Shown: piece after piece, positions 1-11,195 of the stretch
How positions within the stretch are numbered: the first letter of the stretch is position 1
Layout of the letters: each line of letters starts with the position of its first letter
Source of the DNA: Hormiphora californensis
Taxonomy: Eukaryota; Animalia; Ctenophora
Length of the DNA stretch: 64,000 bases
Reading direction: 5' to 3'
NCBI GenBank assembly: GCA_020137815.1
Contig: CM035354.1
Location: 2,852,001 to 2,916,000, forward strand
The notes under the pieces: generated by a model
The model's input: the letters and a program-made list of their open reading frames with translations, nothing else
Databases searched by the model: none
Told to the model about the DNA's origin: nothing
Program-made: the position numbers and the translations under genes

Positions 1-3000
1 AGGGCCACCTTTCTTTGTGGCGGAGGGCTTCTTGGTAGTAGTACTCTGTTTCACGTCCACTAACCGTCCTATCTTCATCATACTTGACTTCTTGCCAAGA
101 TCTGAGATGGTTGCCATGGTAGCAGACTTTTGTTCTGTTTTTCGTCTCTGCTCCACACCCTTGCTCTCAATACTCTCCAAGAATGAGGTGCTCCTCCTTT
201 GGGTGTTCTTCACCTCGTTAGAGGGGACAGAGAATGGGTTACCGGGGAGAGTTGATGTTACCATGGGAACGGGAGTTTCTTCCTCTACTGGTATCTCCTC
301 AATATCTTCCTGTTCGTCCTCTTTCTCGCTGATCACCTCACCTTGTTGTTTGAACTTTAGTGGTACAACCGTTTCATCAATGTTGGACACCCTTTTCTTT
401 GGTTTTTGCACCTGTTATGGGGGAACAAAAAGTGATATTACTGAAACCTTATTAGAACTCTTACCGGTATCTCCATGGTAACTGCCCTGTGTGTTTCCAC
501 TGTTTCCATGGTTACTTACATTCTGAATGACAACACGTTCGGGTAGGTTGTCAGCAAACGACTCAGGGTTGTATGCCACCTCCCCCGTAATAAAAATATC
601 CTCCTCTTCTTCTTCCTAAGATAGGTATTGGAAGTCATATTGGAGGAGATAGACAGTTTTCTGGTGTTGTGTAAAGCACGTGTGTAAAGTACGTGTTTGT
701 AGTGTGTATCTGGCGAGGAAATATATTGAAGAGAGAAGATTGAAGAGAGAAGATTGTATAAAAAGATGCTATTTAAAGTTGTTTTTAGTGAAAGAGCGAG
801 GAAGATGGAGAGAGAGTGTGAGAGAGAATGGAGTGGAGCGTGTAAGCAGTATCCTGTCTCAAGATAGCAACGTACTAGGTTAGCTACGTGTCCAATTGTG
901 ACGTGTACCGGCCTGTAGTACATCCTAACAATACCCATTACCATGGTTACCAACACTGGTTACCATGACAGCACTGGTTACTAACCAGTGTTGCCGAGGT
1001 TACTAAGACAACAAACATACCTCATCGCCGTTTCTCAGTAGATCATTAATCTTGGTAGCAAGGATGACTCGACCCGATTTACTGGCATATCGTGCTGCCA
1101 TCTCCAGACTATTCTGAGAGGGCATCATCTTGGCTAACTCGAAGGCCTTGTAATCTCGGCCATTCTTCACCGCTATGGCCATTAGTTTGAGAAGATGAGT
1201 CACCTCTTCCCGCTCAATTTCCGATACTTTCACTTCCTGAGAGAGAGAATTGCTGCAGTTCAGTGTCTGCTGTGCAAGCTAGCTGGACTGGAAGTAGAAG
1301 CAGTACACTTTTGCAGATGTCTCACAAAATGATATCCATAAAAGTACGTTCTAGCATGTCGGGGGGGGGGGGGGGGGGTTTGAAGTCGCTTCAACAGCCC
1401 AATTTGGAAAAGTTGGGCGGAAAACTTCAGCTACAAAAACCGACCCCCCCCCCCCCCTTGCATGTCCGGGCACCACCCGCAGACAAACCTTCTCAATGGT
1501 ATTCACGTTCCCCAGATCGTAGGACCTCACAAAGTTAAGCAGTCGACCCTGCTCCAGAGCGCTCCTCTCCGAGCTGACATCACAGAGTGGCATTGTGAAC
1601 GGTGACCCTGATACGATGGGACGAGGGGAGAGTCCCGGATAGCTAACACCTTTGCAAAGCACAAACCGGATCTGGGTATCAGATACGGAAACGGGCCAGT
1701 ATGTTTCAGAGCTACTCCGTTTCTGGGTTTTAAAGTCCATGATGGGTACCCAGAGGAACCCACTTTGGGGTAGGAGGGCTCTTGCTACTCCCTCACTGTC
1801 AAATACCTGGAAATGAATTATATCTTATTATATGACGCAGCTGACCAGAAAGCTACTGAATCTTTCTCTCTCTCTTTGTCAAGAAGGAAACACTTGAGAT
1901 GTGTGACCCTGTTGTGAAACAAGGTTTTGTAAAACCTTGTTTCACTTGTCACAACAGTTCAGCTCTCCGCATCCCCGGATCGAGCATTATACAGGACACC
2001 AACTTTTAAAACTAACAAAGAGATGTGTGACCCAATTGTCTGAGGACAGTGAGAGTGAAACCGAAGGAGGGTCGGGTACACATGAAACAACATGGTAAAA
2101 AGGAAGCCAAACTACTATTGGGTTATAATGTGGCTCACACCACGCTCTGTGGGGGTTCGGTAGCTCAACTATTGGGTGTGTCAATGGGGGTGTGTGTGAG
2201 GTGGTGTGGTCTAGGAACCGGCGATTCTTCTCGATTTCCTCTCGATCTAGATCCTTAGTTATTACCTAAAGATCGAATAGAGATCGAGAAGAAATAGAGA
2301 AGAATCGCCGGTTCCCAGTGTGTTCACAGATTAAAGAAATACTGGTCCCTGATTGGCTGATAACCAGTCACGTGACCTAAATATCGAGTTCTGATTGGTT
2401 GTTTACTTATTTCGGTCGGTTCCTGGTTAATATCTTACCACGGGGAGTGTCCCGGGGGTAAATCCAGCCCAGGTTAGAGTGGATCCAGGTGTGATGGGAA
2501 CGGGACCTCTGTAAATCTGTTTGAGTCGTTTAGTGTCCACCAGAGTGAGGGAGAGAGCAGCACCGGAGTAGTGGATGGCACTGACAAGGTGGTTGTGAGA
2601 TGCCACAGTAACGGGGTCACCTGCAGGGCGGGAGGCAGGCTGTTAGTACCATGTCCGAGTTGGACGCTATGAGGTATAGACAAGGGAGGTAGCGTGGGAG
2701 GCAGTGAGAGATAGGGGCAATAGGGTCACCTGCAGGGTGTGGGAGGTAGAGTTGGAGGTTGTGAGGTAAGGGGAAATAAGGGGGCGATACACACTGACGG
2801 AAACCAGTAATCTTTAGACAGACATATTGACAGACAGACACTCAAACACTGTATGGCGGCGCCCCATTTGATTCTCAGATGGGTCGCGGCGCTAGACAAC
2901 AGCTCCAACATAGTAAATCAGATCTGCTAAAACTGACCAGCTAGGGAAATGATATGTTTCTGTAGTCCACCTAGAGTCCAAGTCCGGAAGTAGTTGCAAT

Positions 3001-6000
3001 CCGTTAGAACGGACAGGGTAGATCTACTGACGCTCAAACACATAACTTTCTCACTCTCAGGGAGGGTTACAGACCATTCTTTGGGTTGTGCCCAGGATGT
3101 GAACACATTGACCTGAATCAGGCAGCTGAAATAGAGGGGGGATGAGCAACACATTGACCTGGAGTAGGCAGCTGAAATAGAGGGTGATTGTTGTGGAGAG
3201 GAGATGAGGACACAATTCAATACCAGTGCAATTTTAGTCGAGATTAGAGCAATTTTGATAGGAAGTGCTAGAAAAAAGCTTATTGTTACCTCTCGAGATA
3301 TCACTCGACATAAATCAGCCGAACTAGACTTACTTCAAGATGAATACTTTGTCACCCTGTCCCCATTCCTTTGCTTATCTTATTTGTACCCCTTACCTTT
3401 TCCTTATCTTATTTACCCTTTTCCTTATCTTATTGCCCTTCAGTGGTTTATCAGTTATCTTGGATCGAGGAACTTCAGAGTGAACGTGCGAGGAGAACTA
3501 TCAAGGATGATTTATTTGATATGTGGGGTACCCCAAGGATCCCTCCTTGGTCCAGTCCTGTTTCTCCTCTATGTGGAGGAACTTCAGGATCTGGTGCGTG
3601 CATATGGGCTTAAAATTAAGCTATATGCAGATGACTCACAGATTTATGTGAGTCTGGTTCCCTGTGATGAAGACCAATGGAAAGGAACGAAGAGGAATGT
3701 TGAGGAATGTCTTGATCGCCTCAAGGCATGGATGGTCGAGCACTGGTTGAAATGCAATGAGTCGAAGACGGAACTTCTTATCCTGGGTAAAAGTAGTGCT
3801 ATCGATAAGCTTCCTTTTGAACCATCGGTTAGGTTTGGAGATGTGGATATCGGTCCTATTGACTTCAAGGGTACTTCGGGCAAGACTCTGGGTATTTACA
3901 TGGATGAAAACTTGACTTTGGAGCGTCAGGTGAACAGTGTGAGAAAACATTGTGGAATGCTGTTAAAGAATTTATGGCAGGTCAATCGTTGTCTGGACTT
4001 CTCCACCAAAGTTCTCTTGGTGAAGCAGCTTGTTATCTCCCGTCTGGATTATTGTAATATCCTTTATGGAGGTCTTCCAAAGAAGCTCATTGCCCGCCTT
4101 CAGAAAGTACTTAATTCCTGTGTTAGGTTCATCTATGGACTTCATGGTCATCAAGATGATTACCTGCCCTACCTGAGAGAGACTCACATTCTCCCTATTG
4201 AGCAACGTGTTGTCTTCAAATCATGTCTTATGGCCTACAAGATCATACATGGAAGTGCTCCAGACTACCTCTGTGAGCAAATACCTGCGGACAATGTACT
4301 GGATGTACCCCGCCGGACCAGAGCGACTACTGTGCCCGATCTCTTTAAGCTCCGGTACCCCAAACTGTCGAGTGTGAATGCCAGTTCTAAACTGAGGAAG
4401 AGGAGACCGTCAGTTCTCCTACCGGACCTTTGGAATGCCCTCCCCCTCGATCTGAGGTCGTTGACCACTGTGGAATCGTTTAAGACTCGTCTCAAGACAA
4501 GACTGTTCGTGGAATCCTTTGGGGCTGACTAGTTGTGTCTTTCCTCTTTCCGGATTTCCCCTATCGCTATCCTATCACTCGCTGTACTGTCTATCAGGTA
4601 AGACGTGTGTTTGTACTGTGTGTCCCTCGTGACAAGTTTTTCTAGCACATCTTTTTGGGTTTGAAGCACGAGTGTCTGAGTGTGTAATACTATTTTTTTA
4701 TTCAGTGTTCAGTTTCCGCTTTTTCCTGGGCGATGTCTGTGTTGAGGGTGGTTCAGAGATTTATCTGAACCTTTTTTGATCTGATAAAGTTTTTTGGAGA
4801 GGTGTAAAGGTTGTAGAGGATATTTTTTGAAGCTGTATTTTTGTCTTCTTACCACTTATGTCTGTTATGAATCCGATTGTATTTCTTCCATCTCATGAGA
4901 GCAGGTTAATTTGGTTTTTACCACCGTTTTTGAATCTAATTTTGGTTGAGTGTGTGAGTAAACTGCTCTGATTATCCCTCAGTGGCAGTATTAGCTATGC
5001 TATGCTGTCCCTGGGGGATCTGGGCAGGATACAAGTCTAGATATTATTATTATTATTACCCTGGCCCTATTCCTTACCTTGTATCTGTTCCGGGGGTAGC
5101 TAGAGCATAGGCAGTAGCACTTAGACTCGCCATTGTGTACCCGGGACTGTTAACAATGTGTAACGGGTGGTGGGTAGTGGAATCATGGAACTCTGATGGG
5201 TGGGGGTTGGGTTACTTATCTAGGACTGTTATGTGGTAGTTCCTGATGGTGGGAGGGGAGGGGGGCTATTCTCCTAGTGCCGGCGATAGTCCCCTGTGGG
5301 CTTGCTGTTGGCAAGCCAAGGCACTCCGTAGTAGGTAGGTAGGTAGGTAGGACTGTTATAAACAGGGGTGCTTATATATGTCATACCGGTTAGAACATGG
5401 TAATAAGGGGGTCGAGGGTTTACTTCTCCAAACTGAGAGAAGAAGAAGAACGTGTTAATATCAATAGCTCACCAATGTTAATGAATGATCCCTCTTCATC
5501 AGATCGGGATGTGATCATTCCCACATCGTTCCAAACCAAATACCGATACTTGAGATATTCCGGAGAAGAGGAAACCTGAAATGCTTCCTGCATATCGAAT
5601 GTCGATCCTTGTTGAACACCTGAAAAAAAGTATTTGAGTTCAAGTACAAGTTACAGTAGCAGCTGGGTTGTTTGTTGTTTGTGATTGCTGCGTCATGGAG
5701 GATGACCTGCCCGAAAGTAGTAGAGACCGAACGGAACATGGCCACCACTCCGCCGTAGCAAGGCCACCCACTAATCAGCTTATGCAGAGCAGCTGAGTGG
5801 TATCATGGGTACAGATCTTATCTCCAGCTCTGTCCGTGTGTTTTTACACTTGTCTCTATCTGTGAAAATCCGCGGGAAAAGGAAGACTCCTCGCGCGCCA
5901 CGATCCCTACCACCAGCATCGCGCGCCCTACATACCCGCTGTGTTATGAGCGACAGGGGAGGGTGCTCTTTCTGCAGGGGCGGTGGTTTCACTGATTGGT

Positions 6001-9000
6001 CGGGAATCTTCATCAACAACGGGCGGACCAATATCATCATCATCATCATCATCATCATTAATGATGTTGGCATGTCTCCGGGCTGTCGCTGTTGCATCTT
6101 CTTCCTCTCTCTTATCCTGGGTAAAGTGAATTAGCTTTCAACCCTTTACTAGGTACCAAAGGGCTAACAGTAGTAGGCGGTTTCTCACTAGCCTCTCAGT
6201 TAACTCTCAGTTAACTCTTAGTTAACTCACCAAATCCAGGATGTCTTGATCAATATCGTCATCCCAATCTCCCTCATCACTTGCCTCCATGTCAAAAAAC
6301 TGCTCCTTACTCGGAAACTTCTTCTTCTTCTCATCTTCACCATCTTTCTTCTTCTGATCCTCTTTCCCCTTTTCTGTCACAGTTGCCCTCTTTTCTGTTA
6401 CAGTTGTGGTTTTTATTGGATGTTGTTCAGTTGATGATGGTGTGATAAAGGAGGTGCACTCCCTCCAACTCCCCCTGTTATCACCCAGTAACATATTGTA
6501 CTCCTGTGGGGGGATGTTCGAACATAATAGTCTATAAATATTAGAATATTCATGATACTAAAACTATCCCAGATTATTAGGATTTACAGCCCAGATATCA
6601 ATTGGCACCCACCCAATTATTTGTACCTTTGGGTGAGTGGCGATGGAGTAGGGGGCAGCGACACACTGTGTACCCCCTCCCCCCCCCCTCCCCCCGGCCG
6701 CCTCTAACGCTGTGTACCTACCTTTGGGTGAGTGGCGATGGAGAAGGGGGCAGCGACACACTGTGTAGCCCCCTCCCCCCTCCCCGCCCTCTCTAACGCT
6801 GTGTACCTACCTTTGGGTGAGTGGCGATGGAGTAGGGGGCAGCGACACACTGTGTACCCCCCCCCCCCGGCCTCCCTAACGCTGTGTACCTACCTTTGGG
6901 TGAGTGGCGATGGAGTAGGGGGCAGCGACACACTTTAGAGTGTTTACCAGTCGATCTATACTTGTATCCCACACAGTTAGTGTCCCATCTTTACAACCAA
7001 TCACAAGGTACCTAGAGGTAGTGAGAGTTTTAGACCTTACGATTCTCTAGGTATTTAGGGGAACAGTTCTCGAATCCTGATCCTATCCAAAGGGACCAAG
7101 TTATTAAGTATCGCTAGCCCTATAATAGAGAGGGAGGGAGAGAATAATACCGTTTGCAGTGGGAGAACTCCATTTCGAGGATCCCAGATTTCAGCTGCTC
7201 GCCCCGGTACACACACCTCTCCGTCCAGAGGGCTGATTTGTACACGTTCACCTGGTAATACGCACACCCTGTATTTAACAGGAACCGACCGAACCAAGTA
7301 AACAACCAATCAGAACTCGTTATCTAGGTCACGTGACTGGTTATCAGCCAATCAGGGAGCAGTATTTCCTAATTCGGTCGGTTTCTGCTGTATTATATTA
7401 CTAATGATATATTCGTAACGTTTCTCACAAAATAAGGTCTTCCCCTAACGGGCCGAATGCTGTGAAGCACGTCTTGTACCATGACGATTCGTAACGTGTT
7501 TATTTGGAGAGAAACAGAGAGTGTGTAAGAGATGGAGACTCAAAGTGTTTTACCTCTGATTCCTTTGCAGCGTACAAGTTCTCCTGTCTATCGAACTGAA
7601 TGGGAGCTGTAACCTTGGATAGATCAACATCGTTAGACCGAGGGTAGAGATCACGTGTCATTAGCTGGTCACGTGTCTCACCGTCCCACACTCTCAGACT
7701 GCCGTCACAGGAAGAGCTGGCAAAATATCTTTCACCTGAGGGGGGAGGGAGGGAGTGGAGTTGCACATGGAGGGGATGTGGAGTTGCACATGGAGGGGGA
7801 GGGGGCCGGGGGGGGGGGGGGGAGGAGTTAACCATAGGGGGAGGGTGTGGAGTTGCACATGGAGGGGGGAGGGGGTGTGGAGTTGCACATGGAGGGGAGG
7901 GTTTGAGGAGTTGCACATGGAGGGGGGAGGGGGTGTGGAGTTGCACATGGAGGGGGGAGGGGTTGAGGAGGCCGTGGAGTTGCACTATTCAGGGGATTTA
8001 CATGTTACACAACCCTAACGATTGGGATTATGGAACTCCAGATAGAAATTCCCCTGGACGAGAGGCCAGAGGGGGAGCGAGATGGTGGCGATTCCAGGGT
8101 GGGTACTTTCCTGAATTTAAGTGTTCCACCTACCGAAAGCAGTTCGAAGTATGGGAGCAGAGTGTCCCTTTACTGTGTGTTGCTCGTCTGTCTTCAAGTC
8201 TGGTGTATGGGTAGTTGTTAGTTAATATTATATTGATACCTGCAACTTCTATCCATCGCTTCGAGTTGAAAACGTCCCGAAAACGTCCCGAACTACTCAG
8301 AATATTATCATTATTTTAAAGATTCGTACCAGTGAGTTTTAGAAGGAATTCCTCACTTCCAACAACAGCCCGAGTCTCACTGAAGTTTAGAGAGAAATGG
8401 GTTACATTCCCTGCGAACTTTCCCAGGAACCCCTCCTTGAGACCCGCGGGGAAACTCCACTTTTGCAGTGACCAGGTCTCAGCGGCAGCAGCCAGGGAAT
8501 CTCCCCACTGTCGAATACAGGTGACACTGAAGGAGTCCGAGAAGAATTCACTGGAGGGCTCCTGAATGGGAAACAACGGGCTAGCAACGTGTCTTATGAC
8601 AAACGTAGGGATAAACAACTGTCTGTAAAACTCGTGGGATAAATCATATTCTGGTGTCAGGAAATTGGCGGAAAATTAATTCGGGGCCTGGCAAGGCCCC
8701 CCGACCCGAATATAACCCAAACTCAACCCATCCCCCCTAAAACATCCCCCCTAACACTAAAACAACGGGGCCGAGCCGACAGGCCCTTAATACCAGATGA
8801 AAAAAAACCATAACCATAAACCATAAACCATAACCATAACCATAGATATTTTTAGAGTGAAAGTTTTGAAGCCCCCTGAAGTAGTAGAGAGGTGTTCTAT
8901 GGCTCGTTGGAAAGGTCTCGAGGTCCCGCGACGTATAGGGGGTGTGGCGATGGCCATACCCAAACCTATAAGGGGTAGGACGCGAAAAACAGTCAAAATA

Positions 9001-9453
9001 AGGGGTATACAGAACTCGGCAATTAGAAGGAGTAGAAAGGTGTTCTAGGGTGCGTTCGAAAGCTCTCGAGATGCTGAAGTAATTGGAATGTAATTGGAAG
9101 TAATTACATGTAATTAAAATGTAATTACATGTAATTAAAGGTTAATTACATGTAATTAAAAGGTCTAAATGACCCCAAATGACAATTCAGACATATTTTG
9201 ACATATTTGAAGGCCCTGAGACCAGCGGGTGGCAAAATTTAATCCGGTTTCGGGTCGGCTGACGTAAAAACTCCGCGTTTTGGTCGAGTTTAACTAATTA
9301 ATTAAGATCCCCTTTTACCTCTGTGGTTGAGGTGTTGGTGTAAATCTTGATATCCCCATCCACCCCTCCAGTAATAACTTGAAACCCGTCCCTGTGATAC
9401 GCCACTGCTACACGACCTTCCTCATGTCCCTTTACACCACCACTAAAGGACAT
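1..9453 (-). CDS. WDHD1: WD repeat and HMG-box DNA-binding protein 1 (AND-1/Ctf4 orthologue), at least 16 exons, 3' end outside the window
   Basis: Phase-consistent GT-AG exons: 9453-9319, 8561-8330, 8199-8134, 7735-7554, 7251-7151, 7011-6894, 6503-6231, 6116-5936, 5619-5473, 5192-5078, 3125-2938, 2620-2439, 1806-1489, 1236-1021, 615-520, 411-<1. N-terminal WD40 (MSFSGGVKGHEEG..ITGGVDGDIKIY; GHSAPIL..FASSSCDGSLRVWD). SepB domain motifs (FQVSSSPEYLKYRYLVWNDVG; EFHDSTTHH; FTSWAQPKEW; WTLGGLQK; TYWPVSV..VLCKGVSYP). Helical segment LLKLMAIAVK..AFELAKMM..AARYASK matches recalled AND-1 sequence. Confidence 0.93.
2212..2317. mobile_element. Short palindromic MITE with hAT-like termini
   Basis: TIR taggaaccggcgattcttctc ... 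gagaagaatcgccggttccca. Near-perfect 8-bp TSD gtgtggtc/gtgtgttc. Lies in a WDHD1 intron. Confidence 0.65.
3430..5058 (+). mobile_element. 5'-truncated non-LTR retrotransposon (L2/CR1/Jockey-like LINE) inserted antisense in a WDHD1 intron
   Basis: RT C-terminal half is open to the stop at 4532: ALQWFISYL, GVPQGSLLGPVLFLLY, LYADDSQIY, WLKCNESKTE, ISRLDYCN, LWNALP. About 500-bp 3' UTR ends in a (TAT)n tail at 5042-5058. Confidence 0.93.
6624..6935 (-). repeat. Tandem array (~4 copies, 80-95 bp) of a WDHD1 exon 3' end plus splice donor
   Basis: Unit gtgtcgctgccccctactccatcgccactcacccaaag|gtaggtacacagcgttag. The exonic part encodes CVAAPYSIATHPK, the end of exon 7011-6894. Confidence 0.9.
7280..7388 (+). 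mobile_element. ~108-bp hAT-like MITE (family A)
   Basis: caggaaccgaccga ... tcggtcggtttctg. Same sequence as the copies at 14031, 14712, 26807, 55436 and 61177. Confidence 0.85.
7745..7985. repeat. Intronic minisatellite (~30 bp, gtggagttgcacatggagggggga) abutting a WDHD1 acceptor
   Basis: About 7 imperfect copies visible directly. Confidence 0.85.
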
Positions 9454-9461
9454 GGCTAGAG

Positions 9462-9893
9462 ATGGAGGAGTGGGGTTAAACTAGGTTACCATAGCAACCA
9501 ATGGAGGAGTGGGGTTAAACTAGGTTACCATAGCAACCAATGGAGGAGTGGGGTTAAACTAGGTTACCATAGCAACCAATGGAGGAGTGGGGTTAAACTA
9601 GGAAACCATAGCAACCAATGGAGGAGTGGGGTTAAACTAGGTTACCATAGTAACCAATGGAGGAGTGGGGTTAAACTAGGATACCATAGCAACCAATGGA
9701 GGAGTGGGGTTAAACTAGGAAACCATAGCAACCAATGGAGGAGTGGGGTTAAACTAGGAAACCATAGCAACCAATGGAGGAGTGGGGTTAAACTAGGAAA
9801 CCATAGCAACCAATGGAGGAGTGGGGTTAAACTAGGATACCATAGCAACCAATGGAGGAGTGAGGTTAAACTAGGATACCATAGCAACCAATG
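9462..9893. repeat. 39-bp tandem repeat (~11 copies) immediately upstream of the WDHD1 ATG, containing an X-box-like palindrome
   Basis: Unit atggaggagtggggttaaactaggttaccatagcaacca. Confidence 0.93.
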
Positions 9894-10130
9894 AGCATGG
9901 AGAAACGAGAAAAACAAGATAATTCTAGAAGAGTAAGATTTAAAAAATTTAGTATAAAGGTTTTTTTTAGTTAATTGATTACATTTAAAACAAGGATTGG
10001 ATTTCATTGTGAAAATCCTGATAAAATTGTCATTATGGGACACGCCCCCACCTCCATTAGGGATAATACGTCATGTTCATTCCTCCCCCATGTCCCATGT
10101 CCATTGTCCATACATACGCCTCCTTTCTCT

Positions 10131-10923
10131 TTACTTGGTGTTCTTGTAGTTCCGGTAACCCTGGTTCTGGTTCTCATGGTACGAATACCCTTCTGCCTTG
10201 TTGTTGTAGAAAGAGTGACCCTTGCCTGATATATATGGGATTTGGCAGTGAATTCATATCTAGCCGAAGGTTTACAAAAAAGGTCTTAGGTCAGCCCCCC
10301 CCCCCGCCCCTGGAGAAAATCGTTCATGTATATTGGATTAATTAATTAATCAATTAACTAATGTCACCCTCACATATTGGATGTACCTACCAGTGTCGTA
10401 GTAGGTAGATGAGGTGTTCCCGGTGTCTGCACTCTTGTTACTATAGGAGTAGGAGCCATCACTATATGAGGTATAGTTGTTCCCCTGACTGTTCGTTGCC
10501 TTGTCAATAACCTGTCTCCCGGACATGGTGTAGTCCCGGTAACCCTGGTTCTGGTTCTCATGGTACGAATACCCTTCAGCCTTGTTGTTGTAGAAAGAGT
10601 GACCCTTGCCTGGAATGGGAGTTGATAGTTAATTCATATCTAGGGCCCCCACTGGAAAATAATCATTCTGTTAATTAACTAATTAACTAGTGTCACCCTC
10701 ACACATTTGGTACCACCCCTGTATATTCGATTAGTTAAACTAATTAACTAGTGTCAGTTGTCACCCTCACATATTGGATGCACCTACCAGTGTCGTAGTA
10801 GGTAGATGAGGTTTTCCCGGTGTCTACACTCTTGTTACTATAGGAGTAGGAGCCATCACTATATGAGGTATAGTTGTTCCCCTGACTGTTCGTTGCCTTG
10901 TTAATAACCTGTTTCCCGGACAT
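10131..10923 (-). CDS. Small Tyr/Ser/Asn-rich protein, 149 aa, two tandem 73-aa repeats, unknown function (paralog B)
   Basis: Exons 10923-10788, 10609-10391, 10225-10131 total 450 nt, in frame, GT-AG. Sequence is MSGKQVINKATNSQGNNYTSYSDGSYSYSNKSVDTGKTSSTYYDTG/KGHSFYNNKAEGYSYHENQNQGYRDYT followed by a second near-identical unit. Confidence 0.8.
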
Positions 10924-11195
10924 GGTGTTGCTATGGAGATCATTGTGTTTATTTTCATGGATTGAAGATAAGAGCAATATGAAATTCGACATAATATAAA
11001 GTAATGTATGTCAAATGTGGGAAAAGGAGTAAAACGCGGGGAGTTTTAAAATGTTTAGATTTAAAACTAAAAAAGGTTTAAAAGCAAATTTAGTATAAAA
11101 ATTAAAGAGTCTTTTCCCTTAGTAAACGGATCAAACTTCAAAACATACATAAAAAATGTACACATTTAATTCCCTGATTAAAAAAGATTAAATTT

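Noticed and set aside
17-481. 154-aa plus-strand ORF
   Set aside because: Antisense shadow of the WDHD1 exon 411-<1.
3204-3430. N-terminal ~75 aa of the 442-aa ORF as part of the reverse transcriptase
   Set aside because: RT similarity starts near ALQWF. The upstream part is host intron that is open by chance, so the LINE is 5'-truncated and non-autonomous.
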